Shown: positions 6,925 to 15,773, counted from the stretch's first letter. The stretch: DNA of 26,796 bases from Steroidobacteraceae bacterium (GCA_035488075.1 DATHLO010000053.1:1-26796), one strand, 5' to 3'. Numbers and translations are program-made. The notes: generated by a model not told the origin, from the letters alone.

Positions 6925-8901
6925 TTACGGTGACAACTTCACTTTGATGCCCGCGAAGACACCGAAGCCTGGTTGCAGAAAGCCCACCGGATTTTGGTAG
7001 TGCCGGTCCGTCAGGTTGTCGATGCGTCCAAACAGCGCCAGGTGTTTGCTCAGATCGTAGGTCGCGGCGAGATTGACCGTCGTGTAACCCGGCGCATCCA
7101 GGCGTGGAACCGAAAAGTCGCGGTTGCCGTCCACCCAGGTGCTGACCCACAGGACATCCAGGTTGAGGAGCCACGCGTGGGTCGCCTGCCAGGACGCATT
7201 AAGGGTGCCCTTGTTTTTCGGGCGCCGCAGCAGCTCCTCATGCAGCGCATCATCGCTCGCCTCGGTGTACGTGTAGTCGGCCCGCAGGGTGAGTGTCGGC
7301 AGCGGCTGGTAGGCGATGAAGCTCTCGACGCCCTCGGTGGTGGCACGGCCGATGTTGGCATAGGTCGTGCCGGTCACATCGGTCGTGATCAGGTCGCGGA
7401 TGCGGATGTAGTAGAGCGTCACACCCACGCGCAGCACGTCCTGGGCGAAGCCCTGCTCGATGCCGAGGTCATAGCCGGTGCTGGTTTCGGGCTGCAGATT
7501 GGGATTGGCAAAGAAGAACGGCGGGAAGTCCTGGTAGAGCTCGCTCAAGGTCGGTGCCTTGAAGCCGGTGCCGACGGAGGCTTTGAGCTTGGTATCGGTC
7601 GCGCTGATCACCCAGGCGGGCGCGAAACGGTAGGTCACCTTGCTGCCGAAACGGCTGTTGTCGTCGTAGCGCACGTTGGCTGCGGAAAACCAGTGCTCGC
7701 CGATCTGCGACTGCAGCTCCGCGTACGCGGAGCTGATGTGCACGTCGGCACTGATCGGCTCGCTGATCTCGTCGCGCTCGTACTCGGCCCCCAGCACCAC
7801 GGTCTCGTCGCTCGCAGCCTTGATGTTGCCCTGCCAGTCGGCCTTGCGCCGCTCGCCGGTGTTGAGCGCCGCCGGGGTCTGCGGCTGCACGGTATCGGTG
7901 CGCTCGTGGGTGTAGGCGAGCCCGAGCGTCTGATCAAGGAGGCCGTCGAAGCTGTTGGCATGCGCGCTGAGGCGCGTGAAGTACTCATCGGTCGCGGCAG
8001 TGGTCTGCTCGGGAGCGGGGAAGCCCGCGTAGGGGGGCAAGGGACTGTAGTCCTCGCCGGTGGTGTGCAGGTGAACGTCGGTGTAGCGCCCGATCAGTCC
8101 CAGATCGAAGTTCGGCGTGACATCGAGTCCGAGCTTGGTCGAGAAAGTCAGGTTGTCGTCGTAGTCATCGTTGCGCGCCTCGCCCGGCTGCAGCAGGTCA
8201 AGCGGCGTCACCGGTACGGCACCTGCGTGAAAGTGGATGACGTTGGCGCTGTAGTGAAACGCGTCCTGCGAGCCGCTGATACTGCCGCTCTGATTGAACG
8301 TGTCGAAAGAGCCGCCCTCGAGCGCGCCGGTGAGCTGCGTCGGTCCTGCGCCCGATTTGGTGATGACGTTGATCACCCCACCGATGGCGTCGGAGCCGTA
8401 CAGGCCGCTTTGCGGGCCGCGCAGCACCTCGACGCGCTCGATGTCCGCCGTGAGCAGCTGCCCGAAGTCGAACGCCCCCGTGGAGTTACTGGGGTCACTG
8501 ATGTCGACGCCGTCCACGAAGACCTTGGTGTGATTGGAGTTGGTGCCGCGCATGAACACCGAGGTCACCCCACCGGGTCCGCCGGTCTGCACCACGTTCA
8601 GGCCCGGAATGTCCTTGAGCACGTCCGCGAACGTGCGCTCCTGGCGCGCCTCGATGTCAGCGGCGGTGACGAGGGTGAGGCTACTGCCGACCTCAAGCTG
8701 CGGCGTGGGAATACGCGTTGCCGTGATCACGACGGCCTGCAGCTCGTCCGGATCGGCGGCGCGTACGGCGCCGGCGGCGACAGCGAGGGCGCAGAGTGCC
8801 GCCCAGGGAAGAACTGGCGCGCGGGTTACCCGTTGCCAGCCGTGCGCGCACGGCCGTGCGCCGCGAACCTGCGCGCGGTACGCATTGAGACCTGTTGTCA
8901 T
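6925..8901 (-). CDS. TonB-dependent outer membrane receptor, BtuB-like (probable cobalamin uptake)
   Basis: Signal peptide ending ...AVRA, TonB-box-like LQAVVITAT, plug motifs DIPGL, VFMRG and IERVEVLRGPQSGLYGSDAIGGVINVIT, and barrel-end NLTDRHY. Lies directly downstream of a cobalamin riboswitch. Confidence 0.9.
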   Translation of the reverse strand: MTTGLNAYRAQVRGARPCAHGWQRVTRAPVLPWAALCALAVAAGAVRAADPDELQAVVITATRIPTPQLEVGSSLTLVTAADIEARQERTFADVLKDIPGLNVVQTGGPGGVTSVFMRGTNSNHTKVFVDGVDISDPSNSTGAFDFGQLLTADIERVEVLRGPQSGLYGSDAIGGVINVITKSGAGPTQLTGALEGGSFDTFNQSGSISGSQDAFHYSANVIHFHAGAVPVTPLDLLQPGEARNDDYDDNLTFSTKLGLDVTPNFDLGLIGRYTDVHLHTTGEDYSPLPPYAGFPAPEQTTAATDEYFTRLSAHANSFDGLLDQTLGLAYTHERTDTVQPQTPAALNTGERRKADWQGNIKAASDETVVLGAEYERDEISEPISADVHISSAYAELQSQIGEHWFSAANVRYDDNSRFGSKVTYRFAPAWVISATDTKLKASVGTGFKAPTLSELYQDFPPFFFANPNLQPETSTGYDLGIEQGFAQDVLRVGVTLYYIRIRDLITTDVTGTTYANIGRATTEGVESFIAYQPLPTLTLRADYTYTEASDDALHEELLRRPKNKGTLNASWQATHAWLLNLDVLWVSTWVDGNRDFSVPRLDAPGYTTVNLAATYDLSKHLALFGRIDNLTDRHYQNPVGFLQPGFGVFAGIKVKLSP

Positions 8902-9029
8902 GATTTAAGCTCCGTTAAAAGCACACACCCGTGCCCGAGGGCGCGTGGCTTTGCGGAAGCTCTCAAAGGGGTGCGGCGCGCCTGCGCGTACCGCCCACCC
9001 GCACCGCCCGCCGCGACGCCCATCGGTGA

Positions 9030-9252
9030 TACGCGAGGCCGGTCTCCGGGCTCCCGAGCTGGAGGAACTCTCCGGCGGATCGCCTTCCCGCCCCTTCAGG
9101 GGCAGTGGCTCATGTGATCCGCTTGATCTCGGTTACCGTTGCGGGGGCAGCGCCGGGCTTGGACGAATCCTCACCGGACTTCCCGTTTTTTCGTCCTGCC
9201 GCGTGGCGCCCCAGCCCGGGGCCGCCGCACGGTCGAACGAACACCTCACGAG
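9030..9252 (-). ncRNA. Cobalamin (AdoCbl) riboswitch
   Basis: Minus strand reads AGGTG...AAACGGGAAGTCCGGTG...GCTGCCCCCGCAACGGTAA...GCCACTG...GGGAAGG...GAGCCCGGAGACCGGCC (B12 box). P1 forms from CGTGAGG and CCTCGCG. Confidence 0.93.
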
Positions 9253-9330
9253 GCGCGAAGCGTGCCTGTCGTGGCTCGTCCGCGTCAAGAGCCGCGCGGC
9301 CGCTCACGCGCGTGGCATGATCCGGCCCTG

Positions 9331-9813
9331 GTGCAAACCGAACAAAACCCGGTTACGTCCCGCTGGCCGCGTGCCAACAGCGCCGCCGAGTGGGCCGGAT
9401 ATCTGTGCGTGGCGCCCCTGGTGCTGGGGCTGGCCGCGGTGGGCCTGCTCGAGGACTATCCCGCGCGCGAGTTGGCGCAGCGCGCCACGATTGCCTGGGG
9501 TGCGGCGCTGCTCGCCTTTACCGGCGCGGTGCACTGGGGGCTCGCGCTCGCCGGGCGCCTGCCGTGGCAGATGCGGCGCATCGCCGGCGCGCTCGTGCCC
9601 ATGCTCATCGGCGCCGTGGCCGGGGTGCTCGGCGGTCAGCGGGCGCTGGCGCTACTCGTCGTCGGCTTTGGCAGCTTCTGGCTGTACGAGCACCGCGTGC
9701 TCGGGACCCAGCTGCCGCCGGATTACCTGAACCTGCGCCGTCAGTTGTCGATCGCCATCTGCCTGCTGCTCGCGCTCACGATGTTCGTGTCCGACGCCGC
9801 CGGTCTCGCCTGA
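9331..9813 (+). CDS. DUF3429 family membrane protein
   Basis: WAGYLCVAPL...WGAALLAFTGAVHWG...YLNLRRQLS. The start is uncertain; GTG 9331 was chosen because the upstream part of the ORF overlaps the riboswitch. Confidence 0.8.
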   Translation: MQTEQNPVTSRWPRANSAAEWAGYLCVAPLVLGLAAVGLLEDYPARELAQRATIAWGAALLAFTGAVHWGLALAGRLPWQMRRIAGALVPMLIGAVAGVLGGQRALALLVVGFGSFWLYEHRVLGTQLPPDYLNLRRQLSIAICLLLALTMFVSDAAGLA

Positions 9814-9827
9814 CGGGGAAACCTCAG

Positions 9828-10892
9828 ATGGAAGACTTCGTATCCGCACCCTGGCTGCGCCACCTCATCACCGCCGTGCTCCTCGGCGGGCTCGTGCTGC
9901 TCGGTTTCCGCGTCATCGAGCCGTTCATCGTGCCGATCGTGTGGGCGACCATCCTCGCCTACGTGAGCTGGCCGGCCTACGAGTGGATGATGCGCAAGTT
10001 CGGTGGCCGCGCGACACTCGCGGCACTCCTCATGACGATCCTGGTATCGGCCGCCGTCATCGTGCCGATCGCCTGGCTCGCCGTGGTGCTGCGTCTTGAG
10101 CTGGTACGCGGGTATCACGACACGCAGGCGCTGTTCTCCGGGGGGCTGCAACTGCCGCCGGCGCTGCTGAAGATCCCCTGGCTCGGCGATCAGCTGCGCG
10201 ATCTCACCGCCAGCATTGCCCAGGACCCGCACGCCCTGGGACTGGAGCTGCGCAAGCTCACCGACCACTCGTTCGAGCAGATCACACACGTCATCGGCGA
10301 CATCAGCCGCAACGCGCTCAAGCTCGGTCTGGCCGTGATCAGCCTGTTCTTCGTCTTCCGCGGCGGGCATGCCTTCGCCAGCCAGGTGGCGCGGGCGCTC
10401 GAGCAGCTGCTCGGCCCGCGCGTGGACAACTACCTCGCGGCCATCGGCCAGACCGTCAAGGCCGTGGTGTACGGGCTCGGGCTCGCCGCTCTGGTGCAGG
10501 GCGTGCTCGCCGGTGTCGGCTACTGGCTGGCTGGCGTGCATGCGGCCCTCTTTCTCGCCGCGCTCACCACGGTCGGCGGCATCATCCCGTTTGCGGTGGT
10601 GCCGCTGCTGTGGGGCGGGGTGAGCGTGTGGCTCGTTCTCACCGGGCACACCGTGCCCGGGGTGGCACTGTTTGTGTGGATGGTGATCGTGGTGGCGGGC
10701 ACGGATCACTTCGTGCGCCCGCTGCTCATCAGCCGCGGTGCGCAAATCCCCTTCATCATCGTGCTGTTCGGAGTCTTAGGCGGACTGGCCGCCTTCGGAC
10801 TCGTCGGGCTTTTCATGGGCCCGGTGATTCTGGCGGTGCTGCTGGCGGTGTGGCGCGAGTGGCTGGCGGGCGGGGGGCCGCCGCGCGCGTAG
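9828..10892 (+). CDS. AI-2E family (PerM/YdiK-like) transporter
   Basis: PFIVPIVWATILAYVSWP, multiple TM segments, DHFVRPLLIS and FGVLGGLAAFGLVGLFMGPVILA. Start ATG 9828 follows GGGGAA. Confidence 0.9.
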   Translation: MEDFVSAPWLRHLITAVLLGGLVLLGFRVIEPFIVPIVWATILAYVSWPAYEWMMRKFGGRATLAALLMTILVSAAVIVPIAWLAVVLRLELVRGYHDTQALFSGGLQLPPALLKIPWLGDQLRDLTASIAQDPHALGLELRKLTDHSFEQITHVIGDISRNALKLGLAVISLFFVFRGGHAFASQVARALEQLLGPRVDNYLAAIGQTVKAVVYGLGLAALVQGVLAGVGYWLAGVHAALFLAALTTVGGIIPFAVVPLLWGGVSVWLVLTGHTVPGVALFVWMVIVVAGTDHFVRPLLISRGAQIPFIIVLFGVLGGLAAFGLVGLFMGPVILAVLLAVWREWLAGGGPPRA

Positions 10893-10905
10893 CGCGCGTT
10901 GCGCC

Positions 10906-12423
10906 TCAGGTGCCAAGAAACATGCGGTACGCCGGATTAGCGGTCTCCTCGACGTACACGTAGTGCAGCTCGTTCAGGTGCAGGAGGAAGTCGGCGCGCT
11001 CACCCGGCGGCACTTGGATGCCCGCCAGCACCCGTCCGTAGTCGGTGCCGTGGTTGCGGTAGTGGAACAGGGTGATGTTCCAGCGTGAGCCGATCGACTG
11101 CAGGAAGCGGTGCAGAGCGCCCGGGCGCTCCGGGAATTCGAAGCGGTAGAGCACCTCGTGGGCGATGCCGCGTGCGTGGCCCCCCACCATGTAGCGCACG
11201 TGCAGTTTCGCCATCTCATCGTCGCTCATGTCGGTGACCGCAAAGTCCGCCGCGCGCAGGCTGCGCAGTACGGCGTCCTTCTCCTCGCGTCCCTGGGTGA
11301 GGGCGAGGCCGACGAAGATCTGTGCGCTGTCGACGCCTGCGTAGCGGTAATTGAACTCGGTGACGCTGCGTGCGCCGATCACCTCGCAGAAGTGCAGGAA
11401 GCTGCCGGGCCGCTCGGGAATCACGACCGCGAGCAGCGCTTCGCGCTCACCGCCAAGATCTGCGCGCTCGGCGACGTGGCGCAGGCGGTCGAAATTCATG
11501 TTGGCGCCGCTGTTGATGGCGATGAGCCGCTTGCCGCGCCAGCCCTCACGCGCCACGTATTTCTTCAGGCCCGCCACCGCCAGGGCACCGGCGGGCTCGA
11601 CGATCGAGCGGGTATCCTCGAACACGTCCTGGATGGCCGCGCAGATCTCATCCGCGTCGGTGAGCACGATCTCATCGACCTGGCCACGACACAGCGCAAA
11701 GGTCTCCTCGCCCACGCGTTTCACCGCGACACCGTCGGCGAAGAGGCCGACGCGCTCGAGCGTGACGCGCCGCCCGGCGCGCAGCGAGTCGTGCATGCTG
11801 GCCGCATCCTGCGGCTCGACACCGATGATCCGCACCCCCGGGTACAGGTATTTCACGTACACCGCGATGCCCGCGAGCAGGCCCCCGCCGCCGACCGGCA
11901 CGAAGATCGCATCGAGGTTGCCGCCGCACTGGCGCAGGATCTCCACCGCGATGGTGCCCTGGCCGGCGATCACGTCCGGATCGTCGAAGGGATGCACGAA
12001 CACCAGTGAGCGCTCGCGCGCGAGCGTCAGGGCCTGCTCGAGCGCACTGTCGTAGTCATCCCCGTGCAGCACCAGCTCCGCGCCGAGATCGAGCACCGCC
12101 TGCACCTTGATCTGTGGCGTGGTCTGCGGCATCACGATGACCGCGGGGATGCCGCGGCGGCGGGCGGCCAGCGCCACGCCCTGGGCGTGATTGCCGGCCG
12201 AGGCGCACACCACGCCGCGCCGGGCGCTCGCCTCCGAGAGGTGCGCGATGCGGTTATAGGCGCCGCGCAGCTTGAAGGAGAACACCGGCTGCAGGTCCTC
12301 GCGCTTGAGCAGCACCTCGTTGCCGAGGCGCCGCGACAGGCGCGGCGCCGCCTCGAGCGGCGACTCGATCGCCACGTCGTAGACGCGCGCCTTGAGAATT
12401 CTCTCGATGTAGGGACTGGCCAC
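10906..12423 (-). CDS. ilvA: Threonine ammonia-lyase, biosynthetic
   Basis: LKREDLQPVFSFKLRGAYN (PLP Lys), SAGNHAQG, VGGGGL, EPAGA and SGANMNF, plus two C-terminal ACT-like repeats (PERPG). Confidence 0.97.
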   Translation of the reverse strand: MASPYIERILKARVYDVAIESPLEAAPRLSRRLGNEVLLKREDLQPVFSFKLRGAYNRIAHLSEASARRGVVCASAGNHAQGVALAARRRGIPAVIVMPQTTPQIKVQAVLDLGAELVLHGDDYDSALEQALTLARERSLVFVHPFDDPDVIAGQGTIAVEILRQCGGNLDAIFVPVGGGGLLAGIAVYVKYLYPGVRIIGVEPQDAASMHDSLRAGRRVTLERVGLFADGVAVKRVGEETFALCRGQVDEIVLTDADEICAAIQDVFEDTRSIVEPAGALAVAGLKKYVAREGWRGKRLIAINSGANMNFDRLRHVAERADLGGEREALLAVVIPERPGSFLHFCEVIGARSVTEFNYRYAGVDSAQIFVGLALTQGREEKDAVLRSLRAADFAVTDMSDDEMAKLHVRYMVGGHARGIAHEVLYRFEFPERPGALHRFLQSIGSRWNITLFHYRNHGTDYGRVLAGIQVPPGERADFLLHLNELHYVYVEETANPAYRMFLGT

Positions 12424-12484
12424 CGTGATCTTGCGCCCGCGGCTCGTGTGACAGAGGCGAGCTTAGCGGTGGTAGCGCAGTCTG

Positions 12485-14635
12485 TCAGCGCTTGTCGTTG
12501 CTCTTGCGCACCACGAAGCGGTACTGCTGGCGCCCGATCGACACGCTGTCGCCGTCCTTGAGTATCTGGCGGGTGACGCGCCGGCCGTTGACCTGCACGC
12601 CGTTGGTGCTGTTCAGATCCTCGATGACCGTCTGTGCCGGCCCGGCGAGGATCACCGCGTGGTGGCGGCTGATGAACTTCGCATCGATCTGCAGATCGTT
12701 GTCGGGGGTGCGCCCGACGCTCGTCTTGCGCCCGAGCACGTGCACAATCTCGCGCCCGTCCTGCTGGTAGATGAGCAGCCGCGTCGCCCCTTCCGGCAGC
12801 GGCGCCGCGGGCGACTCGGCCGCATCCGACTCGCGCAGCATCGGATGAACGCTGGTCTCGGCGAGGCTCGGGCGTGCCTCCTCCCCCGCAGCACGCCACT
12901 GCTCATTGGCCTGCTCGAGTTCCTCGACCCGCACGGCGTGCTTGCGCGCGTCGGACTCCAGCCGGTGCACGGCCTCCTCTGCCGCGGCGAGATCCGCCTC
13001 CAGATCCCCCACCCGCACGGCGTGCCCGAGACTGGTCGTTTTGAGGGCCGCCAGCTCCTCGTAGTGCTCGGCGGCGAGCCGCTCGGCCTCCCGGGCGCGC
13101 GCCTCGGCGGCGGCGAGCGTCGACTGATACGTGCTGCGCTCCTGGTGCACGCTCTTGAGCGCACTGCCCCAGTCCTCCATCTCGCGCCGCAGCGTGCCCA
13201 GCTCCTCCTCGAGCACCTGGGTGCGCTTGCGCTCCTCGGCGAGCGCGCTTTCGAGTTCCACGCCGCGCGCGCGGCGCTGATTGAGTGCCACCTCGTGCTC
13301 GGCCGCCTGCGCGGCGGCCGCGCTCGCGCTGGCGCGCGCGGCCTCGACCGCCGTGGTGAGATTCACCCGCTCGGTGAGCAGGCGGCTCAGCTCGCTCTTG
13401 CGCTGCGACTCGGTGGTGTTGTGCTGTTCGGTGACCGCGGTCAGCGCGCGGATACGCTCGCCGCTGGCCTCCAGCTGCGCCTGCAGGAGGGCGATGTTGC
13501 CGTGCAGCCCCTGCGCCTCGCGCCGCCCATCGCGCAGCTGGGCATCACGCTCGGCGAGGGCTGCCCCGAAGGAGGTCACCTGCTGCTCGAGCTGCTCGAT
13601 GCGCGCGGCGCGCTCGGCGAGCTCCGCGTCCTGCTCGCGCAGGCGCGCCTGCGCGACCACGAGCTGGTGCGCGAGCCGGGTGAGGTCGCTCTCGCGCCCG
13701 TGCGCTTCCTCGTGCAGGTCCGTCACGAGATTCTCGAACAGCGCGCGGCGGCTCTCCACGCTCTGCAGGGACTCAAAGTAACTCATGGCGCGGGCCCGCT
13801 CGGCGTGCAGGTCCGCCATGACACTCACCGTGTGCGCAGCGTGCGCGCGCTCGCGCTCGGTGCGCTCCTGCTCCTCGAGCAGCTCGCGGGCGCGCTCGGC
13901 CTGCGCCGCCTGCGCCTGCTCCTGCAGGCGCTGATCGAGCTGCGCCGACTGCGCGGTGGCGCCGCGCAGCTGCTCACGCGCCGTGGCGAGCTCCGCCTCC
14001 AGCTGCCGGATGCGTTGTTCGGCGCCGGTGCGTGCCTGGGTGAGTTCGCTGAACTGCGCGGCGTGCTGTGTCGCAGCTCCGCGCAGGCGCGCGAGTTCCG
14101 CATCCAGCTGCGCGGCGCGCTGCTCGGCGGCGGCGCGCAACTCCACGAGCGTGCTGGCGGTGGCGTCCCCGCCGGCGCGCAGATGCGCAAGTTCGGCGGC
14201 CACCCCCGCCGCGCGCTGTTCGGCACCGAGGCGTGCCTGCGTGAGTTCCGCGACCTGGGCGGCGTGTTGGCTGGCGTGCTGGGCGGCGGCCGCTTCCAGC
14301 CGTGCCACCGCCGCGGCCGACTCGAGCGCGCGCTCCTCCGCCGCGGCGTGCGCGGCGCGGGCTTCCTCGCGCTCGCGCTCGAGCTCACTGAGCCGATCGG
14401 CCTTGCTGTTCAGCAGCTGTTGCGCGGAGCGCAGCTGCCCGGACATCGCCTCGAGCGTCTTCTCCAGGTGCTGCTCGTGATCGGGGCGCAGCTGCGGCAG
14501 TGCCGCCCAGGTATCCGTACTCGTATGCTCGTCCGCGAGCGCAGCCGGCACCGGATCGAGCACCGGCAGCTCGGCCGTGCTGTCCAGATCGGCCTCACCG
14601 GAGGCCGGCGGCGGCGACATCGAACGAGAACTCAT
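12485..14635 (-). CDS. Long coiled-coil protein with C-terminal FHA domain
   Basis: About 550 aa of A/E/L/Q/R heptad sequence followed by VGR...ISRHHA...DLNSTNGVQVNG (FHA G-R, S-x-x-H and N-G residues intact). Confidence 0.9.
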   Translation of the reverse strand: MSSRSMSPPPASGEADLDSTAELPVLDPVPAALADEHTSTDTWAALPQLRPDHEQHLEKTLEAMSGQLRSAQQLLNSKADRLSELEREREEARAAHAAAEERALESAAAVARLEAAAAQHASQHAAQVAELTQARLGAEQRAAGVAAELAHLRAGGDATASTLVELRAAAEQRAAQLDAELARLRGAATQHAAQFSELTQARTGAEQRIRQLEAELATAREQLRGATAQSAQLDQRLQEQAQAAQAERARELLEEQERTERERAHAAHTVSVMADLHAERARAMSYFESLQSVESRRALFENLVTDLHEEAHGRESDLTRLAHQLVVAQARLREQDAELAERAARIEQLEQQVTSFGAALAERDAQLRDGRREAQGLHGNIALLQAQLEASGERIRALTAVTEQHNTTESQRKSELSRLLTERVNLTTAVEAARASASAAAAQAAEHEVALNQRRARGVELESALAEERKRTQVLEEELGTLRREMEDWGSALKSVHQERSTYQSTLAAAEARAREAERLAAEHYEELAALKTTSLGHAVRVGDLEADLAAAEEAVHRLESDARKHAVRVEELEQANEQWRAAGEEARPSLAETSVHPMLRESDAAESPAAPLPEGATRLLIYQQDGREIVHVLGRKTSVGRTPDNDLQIDAKFISRHHAVILAGPAQTVIEDLNSTNGVQVNGRRVTRQILKDGDSVSIGRQQYRFVVRKSNDKR

Positions 14636-14745
14636 CGACTTATCCCGGATTCCCCGTAGCTTTGTGGCGAAAAAGTGTAGCGCCGCTGCCCCGGAGGCCC
14701 CTGTGCGCCGCTATAAATGTGTGAGAAGAATCCCGAAAATCTCTC

Positions 14746-15465
14746 TCAACCGCGAAGGAAGTCGCGAACTGCCTCGGACAGCCGAGCGGGCGAGTGCGCC
14801 AGCAGTGCCTCACCGCTGAGCTCCAGATCCATCATCCGGGCGGCCGGCAGCACGTCACGCACGCGCGCGGTGGCTTCCCAGAGGTCATCCTTGGGGCGCA
14901 GCACCAGCAGTTTCTGGGGAAGACGGGCCAGCCGCGCGCGCACTCCACCCTCACCCAGCGCCTCGAGCACCCAGCGCTCGAGCTCGGGCCGCTCGGGCGC
15001 GGCGCTGCCCGTGGGGCGCTCTCCTGGCGCGGGCAACGGCACCGACACCATGACGATGCGGCTGACCTGCCCGGCGCGCGCGATGGCGAGTTCTGCGCCG
15101 AGCAGCGCCCCGGCGCGCACCCCCAGCACGTCGAGCTTGCGCAGGCGCATGTTGTCCAGGAAGTCCCCGAGCGCGCCCACGTAGTCGGCGAGGGAGGGGC
15201 GCGCCAGAGGTCCGTCGGATTCGCCGAACCCGGGCAGGTCGGGGGCGTAGACCGAGCGCTCGCGACCGGCCAGGGCCAGAAACGGGGTGAAGGTGCGCCC
15301 GGATCCGGGGCAATCGTGCAGGCACAGAAGGGGCGTCCCTTCCTCGAATCCGCCCCCGGGCGGCATGGCGTTGTGCAGGTGCAGCTGGCCATAACGGCTC
15401 TCGAAATAGCCGCGCCGCACGCGGGCCGAGGCGGCGGCGGCCGGCTTGGGAGTCGCTTTGGGCAT
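14746..15465 (-). CDS. Alpha/beta hydrolase-fold protein lacking the canonical catalytic residues
   Basis: RRGYFESRYGQLH, PLLCLHDCP, VYAPDLPGFGESD and LDVLGVRAG at the nucleophile elbow. Start is ATG 15465 (15474 is an alternative). Confidence 0.8.
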   Translation of the reverse strand: MPKATPKPAAAASARVRRGYFESRYGQLHLHNAMPPGGGFEEGTPLLCLHDCPGSGRTFTPFLALAGRERSVYAPDLPGFGESDGPLARPSLADYVGALGDFLDNMRLRKLDVLGVRAGALLGAELAIARAGQVSRIVMVSVPLPAPGERPTGSAAPERPELERWVLEALGEGGVRARLARLPQKLLVLRPKDDLWEATARVRDVLPAARMMDLELSGEALLAHSPARLSEAVRDFLRG

Positions 15466-15560
15466 GGGCAACATAGTGCCACGATCGCGGCTTTTGTTGC
15501 GTCGCGGGCGCGCCTGCGTAGAGTGGTTGCGTTCCGCTTCGCCCGGGGGGTTCACAAAAC

Positions 15561-15773
15561 ATGCACCGTGTACTGGGCTTGGCAGTGCTCGTGTCTTTGC
15601 TGAGTGGCTGCGGCGTCGCCGGCACCGGCGCGGCCGGCGCGAGCGCGGCTGCCGCCTCCGCCGATGAGGCCGCGCAGGCAAAGAAGATCGAGGAGCGCGT
15701 GCCCCAACAGGTGCAGGCGGCCGAGGACGCCGCCGCTCAGCAGCGCAGCGACGCGGAGAAACAGGGACAGTAA
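15561..15773 (+). CDS. Small Ala-rich lipoprotein of unknown function
   Basis: Basic N-terminus, hydrophobic core and lipobox LLSGC (Cys17). The ORF fills the gap between two genes on the opposite strand. Confidence 0.75.
   Translation: MHRVLGLAVLVSLLSGCGVAGTGAAGASAAAASADEAAQAKKIEERVPQQVQAAEDAAAQQRSDAEKQGQ

Noticed and set aside
4395-6947. Plus-strand ORFs 4395-5669 and 5724-6947 as a separate endonuclease or overlapping gene
   Set aside because: All intein and endonuclease motifs are in the minus-strand frame, and these ORFs have none.
6973-9117. 714-aa plus-strand ORF opposite the TonB receptor
   Set aside because: Antisense shadow of a GC-biased gene. It has no recognisable motifs and runs into the riboswitch.
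4305-9252. Radical SAM enzyme as a B12-dependent partner of the BtuB-like receptor
   Set aside because: The N-extein is only 84 aa with no cobalamin-binding domain, and the two genes have separate regulators (LexA versus riboswitch).
1765-14635. Kinase plus FHA protein as a type VI secretion PpkA/Fha module or a phage-defence system
   Set aside because: No tss, PP2C phosphatase, nuclease, ATPase or other defence genes are present, and the neighbours are housekeeping genes.
12659-14659. 666-aa plus-strand ORF opposite the FHA gene
   Set aside because: Codon-register mirror of the real gene, with no domain signature.
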